A stretch of 46,936 bases of DNA from Candidatus Coatesbacteria bacterium. GTDB lineage: Bacteria > JAFGND01. The notes below the pieces were generated by a model, which worked only from the letters and a program-made list of their open reading frames with translations, was not told where the DNA came from and ran no database searches. Position numbers and translations under genes: made by a program. How positions within the stretch are numbered: the first letter of the stretch is position 1; each line of letters begins with the position of its first letter. The stretch covers positions 1 to 46,936 of the forward strand of contig JAFGND010000094.1 of the NCBI GenBank assembly GCA_016927185.1, written 5' to 3'. Positions 18,196 to 28,370 of the stretch are shown in pieces.

Positions 18196-19445
18196 TAAAA
18201 TATTATCATTTCTTCCCTTTTGGGGCCATAACTTACTAATGCAATTGGTGTATCAAGATATTCTTCTATGAAATCAAGATATTTTGAAAAATTGGCTGGT
18301 AGTTTATTTCTATTAGAGGTTTTTCTTATCTCCTGTTCCCATCCTTCAAGTTCAATATAAACAGGTTTTGCTTCAAGCAGCTCCTCTGATAAAGTAGGGA
18401 AATAACTGATTTCCTCTCCCTTACAGGAATATTTCACTGCAACATAGATTTTCTCAAACTGGCTTAAGACATCAACTTTTGTCAGTATAATTTCGGTTAC
18501 TCCGTTTATTTCTATTGCATGCTTGACAGCAACAAGATCCAGCCATCCACATTTTCTTGGTCTTCCAGTTGTTGCTCCGAATTCCCTACCTGTCGCTCTC
18601 ATTCTTTGTCCTGATATCCCGTCATCTTCAGTTGGGAATGGTCCTTCTCCAACTCTTGTTGTATAAGCTTTTACAAGACCTATTACTCTATCCAGAGAAA
18701 AAGGTGAAAGACCTGATCCTGATATCAAGCCACCAATAGTTGTATTACTGCTTGTTACATAAGGGTAAGTGCCGTGATCTATGTCTAGTAAAGCACCCTG
18801 TGCACCCTCTAGTAGAATTTTTTTACCTTCTTTGAAGGCTCTATTAAGGTAATTCTGACTGTCTATTAAAAGTGGTGATACTTCTGATATTGCCCCAAGT
18901 AAATATGCTGTATTATAATCCTTATCCTTGCTGCTTATTTCATGCTGATCACAAAACTTGCTGAAAAAATCAGTAAGCACGCTTTCATAGAATAGCAAAC
19001 CTGCTCTGATTCCAATGCGTAGAGCCTTGTCTGAATAACAAGGGCCTATTCCTCTTCCTGTTGTACCTATCAGAGAATCCTTCCTGTTCTCTTCTTGCTT
19101 TTGATCAAGGTATTTATGGAAAGGAAGAACAATATGTGAGTTTTTACTAATTTTAATTCTCTCTTTTATCCCTGGACTTAGATTTTCTGCTTCATTGATT
19201 TCTTTTATTATCTCCCAGAGATCTATTACTACTCCATTCCCTATTACCAACTCTACCTGCTTTTGTAGAACAGCAGCGGGTAACAGGTGAGTTATCATAT
19301 TATTTTCCCCAGCTTCTACACTATGGCCAGCATTAGCACCCCCCTGGCATCTAACTACTATATCAAAACCTGATGCCAAATAATCAGTGCATTTTCCTTT
19401 TCCTTCGTCTCCCCATTGCAGACCAAGAAGTGCTGCTACAGGCAT
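18195..19445 (-). CDS. purA: Adenylosuccinate synthetase
   Basis: QWGDEGKGK, QGGANAGH, IGTTGRGIGPCY.DK, EGAQG.LLDIDHGTYPYVTSS, EFGATTGRPR.CGWLD. Confidence 0.98.
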   Translation of the reverse strand: MPVAALLGLQWGDEGKGKCTDYLASGFDIVVRCQGGANAGHSVEAGENNMITHLLPAAVLQKQVELVIGNGVVIDLWEIIKEINEAENLSPGIKERIKISKNSHIVLPFHKYLDQKQEENRKDSLIGTTGRGIGPCYSDKALRIGIRAGLLFYESVLTDFFSKFCDQHEISSKDKDYNTAYLLGAISEVSPLLIDSQNYLNRAFKEGKKILLEGAQGALLDIDHGTYPYVTSSNTTIGGLISGSGLSPFSLDRVIGLVKAYTTRVGEGPFPTEDDGISGQRMRATGREFGATTGRPRKCGWLDLVAVKHAIEINGVTEIILTKVDVLSQFEKIYVAVKYSCKGEEISYFPTLSEELLEAKPVYIELEGWEQEIRKTSNRNKLPANFSKYLDFIEEYLDTPIALVSYGPKREEMIIF

Positions 19446-19448
19446 ATT

Positions 19449-20030
19449 TTACTCCTCTTCTTCTTCCTCGTCATAGCTTATATTGTATTCAATATATTCT
19501 TCTAATAGTTCTTCCAGCTCTTCCTGCTTGCTTGTTTGTTCTGGATCAATTCTCAAGCTTTCTTTAAGAGCTTCTATTGCTTTCTGGGGCATTTCTCTTT
19601 GCTCATAAATTATTGCAAGTAAATTCCATGCCTCCACATTTTCTGGATCAAGATCAAGTGATTTGTTAAATGCATCTATGGCTAATTCTGCAAGTAATTC
19701 TTCATCTGTTCTGTCTTCCCACAGCTCTTCAATGGATAAATCCTTGAAAAAAACCATTCCATATAGTCTTCCTAGATTCATATGAACTTCAGGATTAAGG
19801 GGATCAATCTCCTGGGCTTTCTTCAGTAATTCTTCTGCCCTGTTGAGCTTCTGCTCTTCTGCTTCTTCAATAGCCTTATCAAGCAGGAAATTACCAATTG
19901 TGTCAATCGCTTCATTAGGATCCTTCAAGGTATTCAATTCATCCAGATATTTCTCTGCATCCAGATATTCATCATTTAGAGCAGCTTCGATAATAAGCTT
20001 TTCGAGATTTTTTATTTTATTTTTATCCAT
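19449..20030 (-). CDS. Acidic TPR-repeat protein
   Basis: TPR patterns A.ELLKKAQEIDPLNPEVHMNLG, AFNKSLDLDPENVEAWNLLA, A..ALKESLRIDPE; poly-Glu tail; AGGAG RBS. Confidence 0.85.
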   Translation of the reverse strand: MDKNKIKNLEKLIIEAALNDEYLDAEKYLDELNTLKDPNEAIDTIGNFLLDKAIEEAEEQKLNRAEELLKKAQEIDPLNPEVHMNLGRLYGMVFFKDLSIEELWEDRTDEELLAELAIDAFNKSLDLDPENVEAWNLLAIIYEQREMPQKAIEALKESLRIDPEQTSKQEELEELLEEYIEYNISYDEEEEEE

Positions 20031-20241
20031 TTGACTCCTTTCTTATCCACATGTGCCAAACTTCTAACTATCTTATTTTTGTCAAGTATTCAGAAATCAT
20101 TTTTTGATGCAGAATTGATTAATCCATAAAGTAATAATAGCTTCATTTTTAAAAGATCTATATAAGATATATTAATTTTTTAATTAGCATATTTTGGCTT
20201 TATCTTGACAAAAACCTTTTTCATAAATTAACGAATAACCA

Positions 20242-21354
20242 ATGACTTCAAACAAGATAATCCTGAAAGCAAATTCAAGGATACTTATAATATCCTTACC
20301 TGGAGTAGGAGATACTCTCCTTGCAACACCATCCATCAAAGCTCTCAAGGAAAGATATAAAGATTCCATTATTGATGTTTTTGTCATGTTTAAACCATCA
20401 AAAGAAATTTTGACTGGTAATCCATATATAAATGAAATCCTGTTCTTTAATATATTGAAAGAAGGAACATTAAAAACTATCAAGTATGTTTTGAAGCTCA
20501 GGAAAAGAAAATATGATGCTTCAGTTCTGGTTTATCCAGGAAACAGAAGAGAGTATAATATAATCAGCTGGTTATTGGGAGCAAGATACCGGCTTGCCCA
20601 TAGATATAATCATGAACATGGTTTTACGTGTCCCTGGTTGAATACTAATACAATTTTAGAAAATGATTGTTTGCACAATGTTGAAGAAGATTATGCAATT
20701 ATGAAGATACTTGATGCGACACCAGAAAAATATGAAAAACCGAGAATCTATATGAATGATACTGATTATGCGAAAGCTCAAGACTGGATAAATCAAAATA
20801 TTAAAGAAAAACAGAAGATGCTTATAGGATTTCATTTAGGCACCGCTGAATTCAAGAACCAAATAATGAGAAGATGGGATTACAGAAAATTCGCGGAACT
20901 AGGAAAAAGGCTGAATGAAAATTATAATGCATCAATCCTCATCTTTGGTGGCAGTAATGAAAAAGAATTGAAGACCAATTGTAAAAAACTAATGGAAGCC
21001 TTTGCCTTCGATATTGAAACTGAAAATATTATTGATACTGCAGCCTTGATTAGTAAATGTAATTTGTTCATATCTAATGATTCTGCTCTAATGCATATTT
21101 CTGCGGCATTGGATGTACCGACAGTTGCCATATTCGGTCCTACTAATCCCACGTGGGTTAAACCATATAAATGTAAGCATTTAATTGCATCCAGCAAAAA
21201 TCTTGATTGCATGCCCTGTTTTTATTATTCCATAAAACCTCTTACATGCAGGAAATATGGTGATTTCCGCTGCATCAAAGATCTTAATGTTGATATTGTC
21301 TTTAATGCAGCAGATGAACTGATTACTTCTTTGTTGTCAACAAATCAGAGCTGA
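20242..21354 (+). CDS. Glycosyltransferase family 9 (ADP-heptose:LPS heptosyltransferase)
   Basis: GVGDTLLATP.IKALK, RRW...FAEL, ISNDSALMHISAAL.VPTVAIFGPT, C.PC...C...CIKDL. Confidence 0.92.
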   Translation: MTSNKIILKANSRILIISLPGVGDTLLATPSIKALKERYKDSIIDVFVMFKPSKEILTGNPYINEILFFNILKEGTLKTIKYVLKLRKRKYDASVLVYPGNRREYNIISWLLGARYRLAHRYNHEHGFTCPWLNTNTILENDCLHNVEEDYAIMKILDATPEKYEKPRIYMNDTDYAKAQDWINQNIKEKQKMLIGFHLGTAEFKNQIMRRWDYRKFAELGKRLNENYNASILIFGGSNEKELKTNCKKLMEAFAFDIETENIIDTAALISKCNLFISNDSALMHISAALDVPTVAIFGPTNPTWVKPYKCKHLIASSKNLDCMPCFYYSIKPLTCRKYGDFRCIKDLNVDIVFNAADELITSLLSTNQS

Positions 21355-22498
21355 AAAAAATCTCATTTATAAAGAATTTTTTATCCTTTATTTCTGTTTT
21401 AACTCTCAATGTTGCATTACTGTCTTTCTCAAACTCACATTTGTAAGTTACAACATAACCTTCCGAGGTTTTCTTTCTTTTCGAATATTTAAGTGAGTTC
21501 CATTTACCTAGTTTGGAAGTCACTTGTTTGTATTCATTTTGAAATTTCTGTTGATTATAAGCATTTTTAAAATTGGGCAAGAAATCCTTTGAGAAGTCTG
21601 CATATTTTTTCGAATCGAAATTCTGTTGAAGATTAGTGCCAATTGATCTCAGTGTGTCACTAACAAATTTGTTATTCTGCTTTATTTTAGGACTTTGCAG
21701 ATTAAATCTCTTCACTTTTGGTAGTGAAATTGAAGATTGTTCCTTTTTATCTTCATTTTTATGTTTCTTTGCAAAAAGATCAAGAACCATCTCAATTTCT
21801 ACTATCTCTTCTTCAGTAAATTCTGCTTGATAAATCACATAAACATCCTTGTTTTTTTCATAAGCTCTTAAAGCCTTATAGGTTTTAAATTCCCCTATCA
21901 ATCCCAGCCATTCCTGTCTGTACAATTTGAAAACATCTTCAGTTATCTTGCTCTTGAAGTTGTCAGTGAAATCCTTTGTGTAAGAAGGATAATCTCCTTT
22001 ATTATATGCAGTAAGTATGTTCAAGATAATCCCATCAGCTTCTTTTGGAATTTCCAGAGGGTGACCTTCTTTCTCTCCTGGTTTTGCGAATATTTTAGAT
22101 TCAAAATGAAATGCATTGATTTTGATATTTTTTTCGTTCTCAACCTTGAAAGCGATATGAATTAATGCAGATTTATCGTTTTCAAAATCAAGTGAGTAGG
22201 CTTTCTCAAAAGAAGTTGTTCCCTTGTGTTCATGATCAAATTGAGCAGCATTAAGCTTCCCCAACTTTTCTTTTACCTCTTTTGAAAACTCCAGATAAGT
22301 CTTTTCCGGGTATTTTTCAAGCAGATCCTTTGTAAAATCTCTTGAAAATTCCTTGTAATTAGAGCTTGTCAAATTCTGAAGAAAATTGTCAGCAATCTGA
22401 TCAACATTCATGCTTCCCTTTTTTTCTTCTTCTTTCCTTGCACTACTGCCACATCCCAGAACAAAAAGGATTAACAGCAGTAAAAAAACCTTTTTCAT
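21323..22498 (-). CDS. Lipoprotein with three tandem DUF3887-like repeats
   Basis: Lipobox FVLG-C; three repeats sharing N/D/K-Y..F/Y..DF and ...LG/IG-K/E followed by Y...FE; 4-bp overlap with the obgE stop. Confidence 0.75.
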   Translation of the reverse strand: MKKVFLLLLILFVLGCGSSARKEEEKKGSMNVDQIADNFLQNLTSSNYKEFSRDFTKDLLEKYPEKTYLEFSKEVKEKLGKLNAAQFDHEHKGTTSFEKAYSLDFENDKSALIHIAFKVENEKNIKINAFHFESKIFAKPGEKEGHPLEIPKEADGIILNILTAYNKGDYPSYTKDFTDNFKSKITEDVFKLYRQEWLGLIGEFKTYKALRAYEKNKDVYVIYQAEFTEEEIVEIEMVLDLFAKKHKNEDKKEQSSISLPKVKRFNLQSPKIKQNNKFVSDTLRSIGTNLQQNFDSKKYADFSKDFLPNFKNAYNQQKFQNEYKQVTSKLGKWNSLKYSKRKKTSEGYVVTYKCEFEKDSNATLRVKTEIKDKKFFINEIFFSSDLLTTKK

Positions 22499-23511
22499 TC
22501 TACCTCCTTTTCTTTCTCTCTCATTTTCTGAACTTCTCCTATTATCAATAATATCAGTTTGTCTATATTTTCACCAGTTATACCTGAAACCGATAAATTG
22601 CATACAATATCGCAGTTCCTTTCGAATTCTGATTTTATATCTGATTTGGTTAGAATCAATAAATGTGTCCTGTTTGCTATCTCTTCATTGAAACTTGATA
22701 ATTCCTTCTTAAGCAATTCATATTGTTTTTTTATGCTATCCTGACTAGGATCAAGAAGGAATAATAGCAAAAGAGTTCTTTCAATATGCCTCAAGAAATC
22801 CAATCCCATACCTTTTCCTGAACTAGCTCCTTCTATCAAACCTGGAATGTCAGCAATAACTATATCATTATCATATCCTGAAAATAAGACACCAAGATTT
22901 GGTATTAAGGTAGTGAAAGGGTATGCACCAACTTTTGGATTAGCTTTTGTTAATCTTGAAAGGAGTGTGCTTTTTCCTGCATTAGGATATCCAATCAGAC
23001 CGACATCTGCTAAAAGCTTTAGCTCAAGCCTTACATTGAAGGTTTCTCCTTCTTTTCCTTCTGTAGCAAAATCAGGTGATTGTCTTGTGGAACTAACAAA
23101 ACTAGCATTACCCTTTCCGGGTAACCCTCCTTTTGCAATAAGTATTAGTTCTTTATCTTCAAGTATTTCACCTATGTATTCAATTGATTTTTCCTGAGTA
23201 TTTTCATCTATCTTCTCAAGAGATACTTGAGTTCCTAAAGGGACATGTATTACAAGATCTTCTCCATTACTCCCAGTTTTATTACTTCCAGACCCTGGCT
23301 TGCCATTTTTTGCTTTGAATTTCTGCCTGTAGTGAAATTGAAGAAGAGAATTAATAGAAGAATCTCCTATGAAAAAAACATCTCCACCTTTTCCGCCATT
23401 GCCTCCATCAGGTCCACCTTTGGGTACATATTTCTCTCTCCTGAAAGAAACACATCCATCTCCACCTTTACCAGCAAAAATCGAGATTCTAGCTTTATCT
23501 ATAAAGTTCAT
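22495..23511 (-). CDS. obgE: GTPase ObgE/CgtA (short form, no C-terminal OCT domain)
   Basis: FID.A.I...AGKGGDG.VSFRREKYVPKGGPDGGNGG; ADVGLIGYPNAGKST; YPFTT; DIPGLIEGA; TKSD. Confidence 0.98.
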   Translation of the reverse strand: MNFIDKARISIFAGKGGDGCVSFRREKYVPKGGPDGGNGGKGGDVFFIGDSSINSLLQFHYRQKFKAKNGKPGSGSNKTGSNGEDLVIHVPLGTQVSLEKIDENTQEKSIEYIGEILEDKELILIAKGGLPGKGNASFVSSTRQSPDFATEGKEGETFNVRLELKLLADVGLIGYPNAGKSTLLSRLTKANPKVGAYPFTTLIPNLGVLFSGYDNDIVIADIPGLIEGASSGKGMGLDFLRHIERTLLLLFLLDPSQDSIKKQYELLKKELSSFNEEIANRTHLLILTKSDIKSEFERNCDIVCNLSVSGITGENIDKLILLIIGEVQKMREKEKEVE

Positions 23512-23611
23512 AATAATTTCATTAAAAAAACAAATACACTAGCTTTTTTGTCAAGAAGTTTTTATTTAGAATAAAAAAAAATGCTGATTGAAGACACAAG
23601 GATTTCTTTTG

Positions 23612-26521
23612 TTAACTATTGTCCATGCGTTTCTTTTTCTTTGCATCAAGCAATCGCTTGGTAAAAAGTTCCACATTTTCTTCTGTCTTAGGTTCATCAG
23701 ATTCTTGTTTTTCAAGAGTAGATTTTGGAACTGTGTTTTCCTCTTTCTGGATTTTTTCCTTGACTTCAATTTTTGGAACATATGTCTTGGATATTTTAGG
23801 GATTTCTGCAGTCTCACTTTCATCTCTGTTGATTTTTTTCTTATCTAGAAGACGTTTAAGTGAATCTTCTGTCTCTTTGACTTCTTTTCTCTTGCTTATG
23901 CTTATTGTAAAGAAAGATCTAAGAAAAACCCAGATTTTCTCCCATAACTCTCTTCCAATGATAATTCTTCTAATTGCTACATCAAGAGGGAAAAGTAGAA
24001 GAGCTAAAACAAGCAGATATTCCCATACAGGCTTGGAAACCATAACAACAGGTCTTGTTCTGAAAATCTCTTCAGATTCAGGCTTGAATATACCTTTCGT
24101 TTCTTTTGCCAAAATAGACAAATACTCCTTGGGCAGGTTTTGTAAAGAGAACTCCTTCGAATACGGAAATACATGAGCGATTGTCTCGCTCAACTTGACA
24201 TTTCCTGTTGAATCCCTCGCAGTTAGCTTGAATAAATAGGTTCCCTTCTTTATATTAGGAAGTTCCGCAGCATATTGACCTAAACCTTCTTGCTTCATAC
24301 TTATCTTTTCTATCTTGCCATCAGGTGATATCAATGTAATCTTGCTTTCCATTAAATTAAGGCTTTTTCCTTCATCATCAAATAAATCGGCCTGTATCTT
24401 CAATTTTCCATTTTCAAATTCGCTAACATTCATTTCTGCTTTGCCTTCAGATTCACTTCTTGATAAGGATCTTGCAAGTTGCTTGAATAAACCTCCAGCT
24501 TCTGGCCATTTTGTCCATTCTTTACCCCATCTTGGTTGAACATCAGAGGTAAAAGCCGCACTTTTTCCAATCCCATAATTCCATATAGCAAGGAGAGGAT
24601 CATCTTTATGTGTTATCAAGATAGATTGAGCAATCTTGCTGCTTTTCAAGGTTGTTGCATTATAACCAAATAAAGGGGGAATACCCTTGTCTAATCCGCT
24701 TAATATCTCGGAGTAACTTGATTTTTTTGGAATAAATCTCTCCTCAATAACACTGTGGCCAACTGCTCTCATTGCCTCCTGAGTAAATATTTGAGGTAAA
24801 GCCTGGACATTCTGGGAAAAATAGAACTTGCCTCCTCCCCACTTTGCAAGTTCCTGCAAAAAATCAACATCAGCATCTTTACCAATTCCAACTGTACTCA
24901 ATGTTATTTTAGCATTGGTTATTGTGCTTGCGAGATTCTGGAAATCCCCTCCCTGGGTCTGCCCGTCAGTCAAGGTTATCATATGTTTCTTGAATGCTTT
25001 TATATTACTTAATTCTTTATATGCTTCATCAAGAGCTGGATACATATTAGTTCCTCCACCTTCTCTCAGCGAAGCTATTTCCTCAATTATCTTGTCTTTG
25101 TTGGATACCTTTATTGGTCTTATAACCCATTTGGCTTCACCATCAAATGCTACTACTCCCAGGTAATCGTTGGGACCCAATAATTCCGCTGTTAAGATAG
25201 CAGCTTCTTTGGCTAACTCAATTTTAGGAACTCCTCCCTCGCCCATACCCATTGATCCTGATTTATCTATTACTAATATAAGGGCACTGCTTGGATATAT
25301 TCCTCTTTTTTCCACATCCATCCTTACAGGAAGAACCTCCTCAATAGGAGTTTTGAAATATCCTCCAACTCCATAAGATTTAGAACCTCCTATCATCAGC
25401 AAACCGCCTCCCAACTCCTCAACATAAGTCTTTAATGACTTCATTCGTTCTTCGCCCAAAGTTGGAGCATCAACATTATTCAGTATTATCAAGTCATAAT
25501 TTTCCAGATCAACAAGATTAAGAGGACAACTGCTGCCTGGTAATACAGTCACATAATATCTTCCCATGCTCTGCAAAATCTCAGTTAAATACTCATTTCC
25601 TCCAGTCTCATCCAGAAACAATATCCTGGGTTTTGCTTTTACTTGAACAGGAGCAATTGCCTGGTTGTTCTCTAGAAGATTATCATCCTTTGGTTGAACA
25701 ATTGCTCTGAAATTATGTATTCCTGCAATTTGCTCCCTGTAAGAAAACCTGAATCTATTCTTGCCTTCCTTCAAATCCACAATTTCCTTTGTTATAAGCT
25801 TTTCTCCTTGAAATATTGATAGAGGTACAGCTTTCATTTCCCTGGGAGATGATACTACTATATCAATATTGAAAGGCTGGTCTTCAGAAATCTTCCAGGG
25901 AGCTCTTATAGATGTTATTGCAACTTCATCAGATATATAACTCGATAATGGAATTACATCGATAGGAACTTTCTGAAGATTGAATCTGCCAATTATCTCC
26001 AGCGCTTTTCCTTCTGTTTCCTGTCCATCAGATATCAATACAACTTTACCTGCCTTATCTTGAGGTAATGCAGCTAAAGCCAATTCAAGCCCTTTGAAAA
26101 TATTAGTTCCATCCTGCCCTGGTTTGCTTTCATAATCAACAAAAGAAAACTCATTTTTGCTAAAAGGTGGACATTCCATCAAAGCTTCTTGTCCAAAAAG
26201 CACTATTCCAATCCTGTCTTCCTTGCCCATTTCCTTAGTGCTATTTGTAATGAATTCTGCTGTTTCCTTGAAACTATTAGGTGGGATTGATAAACTCCTG
26301 TCAATAACGTAAAAAACTGTCAAACCTTCACTTTTTCTTTTTATTTCTATTTGTGAAATAGCAAGTATTATCAATGAATAAATAAGTATCCTTATAAACA
26401 AGGATATTGCTGATCTTATTCTACCCAGTCCTGTATTACCCTGATAAAAACTTATGAAAAAAACAGGTATGAAGAATAGCAACAAAAGATAATATGGATT
26501 TAGAATATTAAACAAATCCAA
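23612..26521 (-). CDS. Large membrane protein with two vWA domains and a glutamine-amidotransferase-like domain
   Basis: N-terminal TMs; MIDAS motifs DRSLS and DKSGS; ISDGQE; GGGLLMIGG..SYGVGGY..TPIEE.LPV; GGTNMYPAL; LTDG; PLLA.W.YG.GK.AAFTSD; C-terminal TM and basic tail. Confidence 0.9.
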   Translation of the reverse strand: MDLFNILNPYYLLLLFFIPVFFISFYQGNTGLGRIRSAISLFIRILIYSLIILAISQIEIKRKSEGLTVFYVIDRSLSIPPNSFKETAEFITNSTKEMGKEDRIGIVLFGQEALMECPPFSKNEFSFVDYESKPGQDGTNIFKGLELALAALPQDKAGKVVLISDGQETEGKALEIIGRFNLQKVPIDVIPLSSYISDEVAITSIRAPWKISEDQPFNIDIVVSSPREMKAVPLSIFQGEKLITKEIVDLKEGKNRFRFSYREQIAGIHNFRAIVQPKDDNLLENNQAIAPVQVKAKPRILFLDETGGNEYLTEILQSMGRYYVTVLPGSSCPLNLVDLENYDLIILNNVDAPTLGEERMKSLKTYVEELGGGLLMIGGSKSYGVGGYFKTPIEEVLPVRMDVEKRGIYPSSALILVIDKSGSMGMGEGGVPKIELAKEAAILTAELLGPNDYLGVVAFDGEAKWVIRPIKVSNKDKIIEEIASLREGGGTNMYPALDEAYKELSNIKAFKKHMITLTDGQTQGGDFQNLASTITNAKITLSTVGIGKDADVDFLQELAKWGGGKFYFSQNVQALPQIFTQEAMRAVGHSVIEERFIPKKSSYSEILSGLDKGIPPLFGYNATTLKSSKIAQSILITHKDDPLLAIWNYGIGKSAAFTSDVQPRWGKEWTKWPEAGGLFKQLARSLSRSESEGKAEMNVSEFENGKLKIQADLFDDEGKSLNLMESKITLISPDGKIEKISMKQEGLGQYAAELPNIKKGTYLFKLTARDSTGNVKLSETIAHVFPYSKEFSLQNLPKEYLSILAKETKGIFKPESEEIFRTRPVVMVSKPVWEYLLVLALLLFPLDVAIRRIIIGRELWEKIWVFLRSFFTISISKRKEVKETEDSLKRLLDKKKINRDESETAEIPKISKTYVPKIEVKEKIQKEENTVPKSTLEKQESDEPKTEENVELFTKRLLDAKKKKRMDNS

Positions 26522-26524
26522 CTG

Positions 26525-27403
26525 CTATCTCCTTTTAAATCTGGAGAATTCTCCCCTTAATAAAAGATTGAGAATTATTTCCTTGAAATCCAGATTTGAA
26601 CTTACAAAAGTATATCCTATTCCGTATCGTTTGGAAAACTGATCAATCTCTTCTTTATAAAGCCTCAATCTGTATTTATATCCATCCAGGTAACTTTTAT
26701 TAATAGTTATGGGCAATTCACTTTCAGTTTCCTTGTCTATGAGTTTCAAATTACCATCCAGATCGGGATTTATTTCAAAAGGTGACAAAATCTGAATCAA
26801 GGATAAATCATGTTTTCGGAATATCAAATACTTGAAAGCATCCAGTGAAGAAGAACAATAAAAATCTGATATAAAAACAACAAGCCCGGAGTTTCTTGTC
26901 CTTATACAGAAATCCTTGACTGCTTCAAGCAGATTTGTTTCCCCTTTTGTTTCAAGGCTATCTATGTAGTTTATTAGAGAAAAAATCTGTCCTTTTCCTC
27001 TTACTCTCTTTGAAGATGAAGATATTGAGTTGGAAAAGCTGGTGATTTGTGTCCTGTTACCGCTTGTTAAACCAATATAAGCAATAGCAAGTGCCAATCT
27101 GCAAGCCAGATCAAATTTCCCTTCAAAATCCATGCTTTTTGAACAATCAAGAAAAACGTGCACAGTTAAATCTTCCTCAAGTAGATATATTTTTACGAAC
27201 AATTCTCTCAGCCTCATGAAAATATTCCAGTCAACTGATCTAAAATCGTCTCCAGGTACATATTTCTTATAATCAGCAAATTCCAGGGAAAATCCCCTTT
27301 TCTTTGTAAGTCTTATGCCTGAAAGCTGACCCTTCAAAATCTTTCTTGCTATTACTGCAATCCTGTCTAGCTCTTTTATTATTTCTTCTCTGTTAGTTAA
27401 CAT
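26525..27403 (-). CDS. DUF58 family protein (MoxR partner)
   Basis: G.SLEFADYKKYVPGDDFRSVDWN, LDCSKSM, VFISDF. Confidence 0.95.
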   Translation of the reverse strand: MLTNREEIIKELDRIAVIARKILKGQLSGIRLTKKRGFSLEFADYKKYVPGDDFRSVDWNIFMRLRELFVKIYLLEEDLTVHVFLDCSKSMDFEGKFDLACRLALAIAYIGLTSGNRTQITSFSNSISSSSKRVRGKGQIFSLINYIDSLETKGETNLLEAVKDFCIRTRNSGLVVFISDFYCSSSLDAFKYLIFRKHDLSLIQILSPFEINPDLDGNLKLIDKETESELPITINKSYLDGYKYRLRLYKEEIDQFSKRYGIGYTFVSSNLDFKEIILNLLLRGEFSRFKRR

Positions 27404-27404
27404 A

Positions 27405-28370
27405 TCAAATAGTTAATATTTCCTCTATAATTGTATCAGGTTTTATTCCTTCAGCTTCTCCTTCAAAACTCAAAATCATTCTATGTCTCAATGCAGGTTT
27501 TGCAACTGCTTTTATATCATCAATAGCTACATTGTATCTCCCTGAAAGCAGGGCATTAATTTTGGCACCAAGTATTAAAACTTGCATTCCCCTAGGTGAA
27601 GAACCATACTTTATATACTTTTTTGATAAAGGATGACTGTTTTCTATTTCAGGATGAGTAGCTAGGACTATTCTGGCTGCATATTCCAAAACTCCTTCAG
27701 CAACAGGCACCTCCCTTATCAGACTCCTGTATGTAAGCAAAGTCTGTCCATCTGCCACTTTTTTGAGATCAACTTCTTCCTGGGAAGTTGTTCTTTTGCT
27801 TATCAATACTAGTTCCTCAACGGATGGAAAAAACACATCCAGTTTAAAGAAAAATCTATCAACCTGAGCTTCTGGAAGTGGGTAGGTTCCCTCCATTTCA
27901 ATAGGATTTTGAGTTGCCAGAACAATAAAAGGTTCTACAAGCTTGTATGTTTTACCCATCACAGTAACCTGATGCTCCTGCATGGCTTCAAGCAAGGCAG
28001 ATTGGGTTTTAGGAGTTGCCCTGTTTATTTCATCAGCAAGAACTATCTGTGCAAATAAAGGACCTTTCTGAAACTCAAATAATTGCTTATCTCCTTCTCC
28101 CTGAACTATTACATTTGTACCTATTATATCTGAAGGCATTAAATCCGGAGTAAATTGTATTCTTGAAAATTCAAGATCCAGTACTTTTGACAGGGATTTT
28201 ACCAGAACAGTCTTGCCAAGACCTGGAACTCCTTCTAAAAGAATATTACCTCCAGAAAACAAACCAAATAAAACGAATCTTATAAGCTCTTCTTGCCCTA
28301 CTATCATTTTGCTTATTTCTGAACCAATCTCCTGAAAGGTAGTTCTAAACTTTGCTACCCTCTCTTCCAT
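27405..28370 (-). CDS. moxR: MoxR family AAA+ ATPase
   Basis: LLEGVPGLGKT, FSRIQFTPDLMPSDIIG, LADEINRATPKTQSALLEAMQE, ATQNPIEMEGTYPLPEAQ.DRF; GGAGG RBS. Confidence 0.97.
   Translation of the reverse strand: MEERVAKFRTTFQEIGSEISKMIVGQEELIRFVLFGLFSGGNILLEGVPGLGKTVLVKSLSKVLDLEFSRIQFTPDLMPSDIIGTNVIVQGEGDKQLFEFQKGPLFAQIVLADEINRATPKTQSALLEAMQEHQVTVMGKTYKLVEPFIVLATQNPIEMEGTYPLPEAQVDRFFFKLDVFFPSVEELVLISKRTTSQEEVDLKKVADGQTLLTYRSLIREVPVAEGVLEYAARIVLATHPEIENSHPLSKKYIKYGSSPRGMQVLILGAKINALLSGRYNVAIDDIKAVAKPALRHRMILSFEGEAEGIKPDTIIEEILTI

Noticed and set aside
23556-23611. Intrinsic terminator after the vWA gene
   Set aside because: A long U-tract is present on the minus strand but there is no convincing GC-rich stem before it.
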